Assembly: GCF_009914755.1 (NCBI RefSeq)
Contig: NC_060933.1
Length of the DNA stretch: 64,000 nucleotides
Origin: the human T2T-CHM13v2.0 reference genome, Homo sapiens
Direction: 5' to 3' (one strand)
The notes below the pieces were generated by a model, which made no database searches, was not told the DNA's origin, and worked only from the letters and a program-made list of their open reading frames with translations. Shown here piece by piece: positions 57,151-64,000 of this stretch; within the stretch, counting starts at the first letter, position 1; each line of letters opens with the position of its first letter. Made by a program: the position numbers and the translations under genes.

Positions 57151-58655
57151 AGTTGTGGTCATGACATTTTTCCACAAAGTTATTTAAGTTAAAAGATAGC
57201 ACCTTTGAATTCTTCCTATGTGGCATGTGCTAGGTCCTCACTCAGTAAGCTAGGACTTAGGGTCCATTACTGTACTCTGTGGCATTAGGAGTGCTGGAGT
57301 AGTTAACCACAGGCAAGATGAAAGGATCGTTCTAGTCAATGAGAGAACGAGGTCGTGGATGGAGCATCCAGCACTTTGTCAGGTTACCCATGGTGTAACC
57401 ATGGCACTTTGGAAGAGGCCACTAAGGCATTATGCTCACAGGCCTATAATGCCCCATCCATGTGGAAAAGCAGACTGACAGTTTAATGCCCACCTCTCAC
57501 CCTTTCCAGGGTCTCAGATGTTCTCTACCTATTGGATAAGAATTAGGCTGAGTTGGTATAGCAACCCGGTCTGTCTGTTTTAGTCCCAAGCTACTTCTGC
57601 AGACATCCATTGCCCTTGTTGCTTGACTCAAACCTTTCTGCCTCAATCATCCACTCCAGTACAAAGCTGGCATATCTCATAACATCATCCACCCAAATGG
57701 AAGGATCAGAGGCATCCAGCATCATTAGAGGGATTCTAGCAGTCTGTCATTCCTTAGTCCTGTCCCCGACCCCTGTGGAATCCCCTTATAGAGGAGGTAC
57801 CCAAGGGAAGTATAAACTCCAGATTAGAGACAGGGTGGCCTCTCTGGGGTACTATGGCACCCTGAACTGCAATTCATCCCCAGGACATGTACTCTATAGG
57901 GGAAAAGGAAAAAGAATGGTTGAGAACACAGACTGAGACTTTACAGGCACAGACAGCCTAGTCAGGTGGGTTTCTCATCCACCTCCAACCCAACCAAGCT
58001 CAGTGTCCCTCAATATGCACTGCAGTGCTGTTTCCTTTGCATTGGTGCATAGTGTTTAGTGTCCCTATTGCCCTAGTCAGATGGGCTACCCCCTCACTAG
58101 CAGGACATCTTGATGTTCTTTCTTCAGTTGCTTTGTGAGTTCCATTATTCAATAACTCTATTGGCCTGAGGATGACAATGTACTTAAAAAGCCCATCTTT
58201 TTTCACTAATGTGTACCCATTATCTAGTTGCTTGAATAGTAAAAAATATTCCTTGGTCCAAGTAAAATCCCATGGGTTATGTAAAAGGATGGCATAAATT
58301 CCTCTCAAGTGTGGCTATAGTTGCCTCAGCACCCATATGATTGACATATATTTGTCTTTTTCAGACAACAAGCTGTTTTTCTTAGTCCTTGTTCTCACAT
58401 GGATATCCTCTAACAGTCCAATCCTTCCATTGCCATTGTCCTGATCAGATGGCCAGGCTTTTGGCAATGGCCCATAAGTCACTGAAAATATAGCAAGATA
58501 CGCGATAGAGGTAGCCTGCATGGCCATCACCACTGCATTTAGTTTGGCCCGTTGGGTAGAATGCCCATGTCCAGTCTCAGTCAAAAGATAGCCAACCACT
58601 GGCTGAATGGTGGTCCAGTGCATGTCGTCTGGCAGAGCTATCAGTAAACCATGCC

Positions 58656-61511
58656 TGTCAGGCCTCTGAGCCCAAGCTAAGCCATCATATCCCCTGTGAC
58701 CTGCACGTATACATCCAGGTGGCCTGAAGCAAGTGAAGAATCACAGAAGAAGTGAAAATGGCTGGTTCCTGCCTTAACTGATGACATTACTTTGTGAAAT
58801 TCCTTCTCCTGGCTCAGAAGCTCCCCCACTGAGCACCTTGTGACCCCCGCCCCTGCCCGCCAGAGAACAATCCTCTTTGACTATACTTTTCCACTACCTA
58901 CCCAAATCCTATAAAACGGCCCCACCCCTATCTCCCTTCACTGACTTTCTTTTCAGACTCAGCCCGCCTGCACCCAGGTGAAATAAACAGCCTTATTGCT
59001 CATGCAGTGTCTGTTTGGTGGTCTCTTCACATGGACGTGTGTGACATTTGGTGCCTGTTATCACTCCCCTGCTACAGCATGGGCTTGTAAAACCTATAAA
59101 CTCTCCTTACAATTCTCCCATTTTACCTATTCAAACTCCAGACAAGTCTTACATGTTAGTTCAGGATCTGCTCTGGCCATCATGTCTCCGTGCAGCAGTT
59201 GCCATCACCCTAATGCTTTTAGAGGCCCTAAAAATCACAAACTATGCTCAACTCACTCTCTACGTTTCTCATAACTTCCAAAATCTATTTTCTTCCTCAC
59301 ACCTGACGCATATACTTTCTGCTCCCTGGCTCCTTCAGCTGTACTCACTCTTTGTTGAGTCTCCCACAATTACCGTTTTTCCTGGCCCGGACTTCAATCT
59401 GGCCTCCCACATTATTCCGGATATCACACCTGACCTCCATGGCTGTATCTCTCTGATCCACCTGACATTCACTCCGTTTCCCATATTTCCTTCTTTCCTG
59501 TTCCTCACCCTGATCACACTTGGTTTATCAATGGCAGTTCCACCAAGCCTAATTGCCATTCACCAGCAAAGGCAGGCTATGCTATAGTATCTTCCACATC
59601 TATCATTGAGGCTACCGCTCTGCCCCACTCCCCTACCTCTCAGCAAGCCAAATTCATTGCCTTAACTCGAGCGTCACTCTTTTAAAGGGACTACACATCA
59701 ATATTTAAACTGACTCTAAATATGCCTTCCATATCCTACGCCACCATACCATTATATGGGCAGAAAGAGGTTTCCTCACTGCGCAAGGGTCCTCCATCAT
59801 TAATGCCTCTTTAATAAAAGCTCTTCTCAAGGCCACTTTACTTCCAAAGGAAGCTGGAGTCATTCACTGCAAAGGCCATCAAAAGGCATCAGATCCCATT
59901 GCTCAGGGCAATGCTTATGCTGATAAAATAGCTAAAGAAGCAGCTAGCATTCCAACTTCTGTCCCTCACGGCCAGTTTTTCTCCTTCTAATCGGTCACTC
60001 CCACCTACTCACCGACTGAAACTTCCACCTATCAATCTCTTCCCACACAAGGCAAATGGTTCTTTGACCAAGGAAAATATCTCCTTCCAGCCTCACAGGC
60101 CCATTCTATTCTGTCGTCATTGCATAACCTCTTCCATGTAGGTTACAAGCTGCTAGCCCACCTCTTAGAACCTCTCATTTCCTTTCCATTGTGGAAATCT
60201 ATCCTCAAAAAATCACTTCTCAGTGTTCCATCTGCTATTCTACTACTCCTCAGGGATTATTCAGGCCCCCTCCCTTCCCTACACATCAAGCTCAGGGATT
60301 TGCCCCCACCCAGGACTGGCAAATTGACTTCACTCACATGCTCTGAGTCAGGAAACTAAAATACCTCTTGGTCTGGGTAGACACTTTCACTGGATGGGTA
60401 GAGGCCTTTCCCGCAGGGTCTGAGAAGGCCACCATGATGATTTCTTCCCTTCTGTCAGACATAATTCTTTGGTTTGGCCTTCCCTCCTCTATACAGTCTG
60501 ATAACAGACCAGCTTTTATTAGTCAAATCACCCAAGCAGTTTCTTAGGCTCTTGGTATTCAGTAAAACCTTTATAGCCCTTACCATCCTGAATCTTCAGG
60601 AATGGTAGGACGGACAAATTGTCTTTTAAAAATACACCTCACCAAGCTCAGCCTCCAACTTAAAACTTAAAAAAGAGGACTCTGTCAAGGATAGAGCCCC
60701 AAAACTCACCAACCAAACAAGTAATTATGCTGAACCCCCTTGAGCACTCTCTAATTGGATGTCCTTGGTCCTCCCAATTCTTAGTCATTTAATACCTGTT
60801 TTTCTCCTTCACTTATTCAGACCTTGTGTCTTCCGTTTAGTTTCTCAATTCATACAAAACTGCATCCAGGCCATTACCAATCATTCCATATGACAAATGC
60901 TCCTCTTAACAACCCCACAGTTTCACCCCTTACCACAAAATCTTCCTTCAGCTTAATCTCTCCCACTCTAGGTTCCCATGCCTCCCCTAATCCCACTCGA
61001 AGCAGCCCTGAGAAACATCACCCATTATCTCTCCATAGCACCCCCCAAAATTTTCACCACCCCAACACTTCAACACTATTTTGTTTTATTTTTCTTTTTA
61101 ATATAAGAAGACAGGAATGTCAGGCCTCTGAGCCCAAGCTAAGCCATCGTATCTCCTGTGACCTGCACGTATACATCCAGATGGCCTGAAACAAGTGAAG
61201 AATCAAAAGAAGTGAAAATGGCTGGCTCCTGCCTTAACTGATGACATTACTTTGTGAAATTCCTTCTCCTGGCTCAGAAGCTCCCCCACTGAGCACCTTG
61301 TGACCCCCACCCCTGCCTGCCAGAGAATAACCCCCTTTGACTGTAATTTTCCACTACCTACCCAAATCCTATAAAACGGCCCCACCCCATCTTCCTTCAC
61401 TGACTCTCTTTTTGGACTCAGCCTGCCTGCACCCAGGTGAAATAAACAGTCTTGTTGCTCACAAAAAACCTGTTTGGTAGTCTCTTCACACTGATGCACT
61501 GATGCATGACA
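58656..61511 (+). mobile_element. HERV-H provirus, heavily deleted, LTR7-family LTRs
   Basis: LTRs at 58656-59046 and 61118-61511 (TGTCAGGCCTCTGAGCCCAAGCTAAG); TSD ATGCC at 58651-58655 and 61512-61516. Truncated PBS-His TGGTGCC, pol fragments (NSPYNSPILP), PPT AAGAAGACAGGAA. Confidence 0.95.
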
Positions 61512-62790
61512 ATGCCATGCTGTCAGTAAGCATGTCTATGAGTCCTGGGCCCCAGGTTGCCACAGGAGAATCCAATGGATCCTTACAGGCTGCTTAAAAG
61601 GGATAGTTTGTTGTAGTCCTGAATTAATAAAGTAATGTCCTATTCTCCACTTACCATGTAGTACTGCTTTTGTTAAATAATCCACTGGGGCTTGGGTAGT
61701 TTAGGTGGCAGGCAGGATATGCCCCACTGTTATGGCTTGAATTCTGAGTTGTCAAAGAGTATGTCCCCTCAGGCAATGGTGATTTTTGTGCTACAAGAAG
61801 TCGGGGGGTCAATACCAATAATGCACTCACAAGTGAGAACCATGGTTACTGACATCCAATATGGACCAAAGCCATATCACAGGTAGATAAGCACTACTGG
61901 TCAATGCATTCATTCTAAAACCTTCCAGTGTCACCAGTTTTTCTCCCTAAGAGGACCTGGAAGTATTATGTGGACTCCTGTATCAAAAAAAAAAGTCTGA
62001 ATTTCTTTCTTTTCTCCTCTTACCTTGACAGAAATATAAGGCCTTTGGCCTCCATTTGGGGACCCCGAGAACTTGGTCCCATTTCTGACTCTGCCATTCA
62101 GCCCAAGACATTGGATTTGCAATGTCCTTTCATCAAAGAAACATGCCTGGCCTTTCTCTATATCTGTCCTTTAGATAATGAGTCTCCCTTTCTGTGAAGG
62201 CCTTTATCACATGTATTGATTCCTTCTCAGATGCCTCAAGGAAGATCTGAGGACCCCTTTCTTCTTTCCCTCTCAGGTGCCTTAGTGTCTGGTTGAGTAC
62301 ACACTTCCCTCACTCTCTGCCCCCATGAATGACAGGGTAATTAAATAAATATCCCCAACCAAGGGACCTATGCTCCTCTATTTCCTCATTGCCTTTTGTT
62401 TGCCTTGATCCATGCAGCCATCTCATTCACATCTGTGGGAAGTGGCAGACCTAAATCCGACTTATCACCCTTCCTTCCTCTGAAAATATTCAATCCCCAT
62501 GCCCCCAGGCTGCTGTCTTTCCCCTGGGCTGGGTACTAGGAAGTATCACCCCTCCTGCTTCTCAAATAAGCTATGATTACATTAGATGGGGCCCTGCTTG
62601 CTGGACGCATTTTGTGGATTAGGTTTACTGTGTGCTGCTTACCAGCTTGTCTGAGTGCAGGAGACAGAATACACTCATATGCAACAAGTTACACAAAGCA
62701 GATTTGTGACTTACAGGTAGGCAGCAAGGGACAAAAGAATGCTAGGATCTATGATGAGCTCGTTCCTGAAGACTCAAGAAAGCTGTCTAG

Positions 62791-63153
<363 letters not shown>

Positions 63154-63398
63154 AGGACTCTTTAAGACAGCCTGTTCAGGGTTATATACCTCAGAGCCAA
63201 TGTGAAACATTGACTTAAAGCTTTGAGGGACATCTTGCTTCCAGAGGAAAGAGCAACAGGCCCAGGCTAGTCCAGTCAGCCCCTCCTTATCTCACCATAA
63301 TGTATTCCCAGCACAATCTACAGCAATTATTAAGACCTACAAGGAAGAAAGGGAAGAGAACTGGGTCAATCCAAGGCCACATGGAGAACTGTCCTGCA

Positions 63399-64000
63399 CT
63401 GGCCAATTGTTTTGGCTGTAGTTTCAATACCAAGTTAATGTTTAGAGCTTTTGCATTGTGATTTCAGACTCTTTGATTAATATGGTGCTGCTGGGAATTC
63501 CACTGCTCCCTGTTAGTGCTGCCTATGGCAGTGGAAGCAGTTTCTCCAGGTTAGGCTACCAGGTGTCTGAGGTATGTGGTGAGGGGTGTGGTAGAATCCC
63601 CCAACCAATGTCCCCTGGCTACTCTGGGGTCATTGGGAAGAGAGTCTTAGGCCTGCAGGGACAAAGCAGCTTCTTAGGCCAGGCCACTTTCTCTACTAGG
63701 TCCCTCTTCCTGATTCTATTTTCCCACCTTTGTGCTTCCTGGTAGAAAAGGAAGCCTCAAGCTGTACTGGGAAGGAGAGCACCTCTCTTAGCATTTCTCC
63801 TAGCTGCTTCTCCTGGATGGTGGTGGGTGTCTCAAGCTAGTGGCTCCTGATTGATCCAAGGGAGGAAGGAGCTTACTTGAGGTATCTTCTGTTGCTAGAT
63901 TGGGGGATTAGGAAAAATAAGTCTGAAGGCCTTCTTCAGGACTTCAGGATACACAAGATGCCTTGCTGTTGTGCTGTTTCACCATTCCTTGCATATCAAA
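63399..64000 (-). mobile_element. Continuation of the old L1M scaffold
   Basis: Sequence resumes after the provirus TSD, continuing from 55260. Confidence 0.45.

Noticed and set aside
59048-59587. 179-aa pol-like ORF as a functional gene
   Set aside because: Fusion of deleted HERV-H pol fragments, lacking the RT catalytic core and frameshifted.

Overview
Human genomic DNA (an intact AluYb9 marks it as human) with no credible protein-coding exon. It has three parts. (1) 1-40070 is an Alu/MIR/L2-rich euchromatic block with CpG islands and TE-free motif clusters: a perfect DR5 retinoic-acid response element plus PBX/HOX and MEIS sites. I infer, without being able to align, that it is a segmental-duplication copy of the region 3' of the HOXC cluster. 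(2) 40071-49180 is a small SST1/NBL2 macrosatellite array carrying FAM27E/D-type ORFs, which suggests the chr9 pericentromere. It switches orientation at ~42975, and one 1401-bp monomer with a ~1.02-kb internal deletion sits among ~2.4-kb monomers. NRF1/CCAAT/TATA-like modules point outward at both ends. (3) 49181-64000 is an old L1 scaffold with nested insertions: an apparent L1MA 3' transduction, an env-bearing ERVL-like provirus, and a heavily deleted HERV-H inside that provirus. Locus and subfamily names come from recognition, not from searches.
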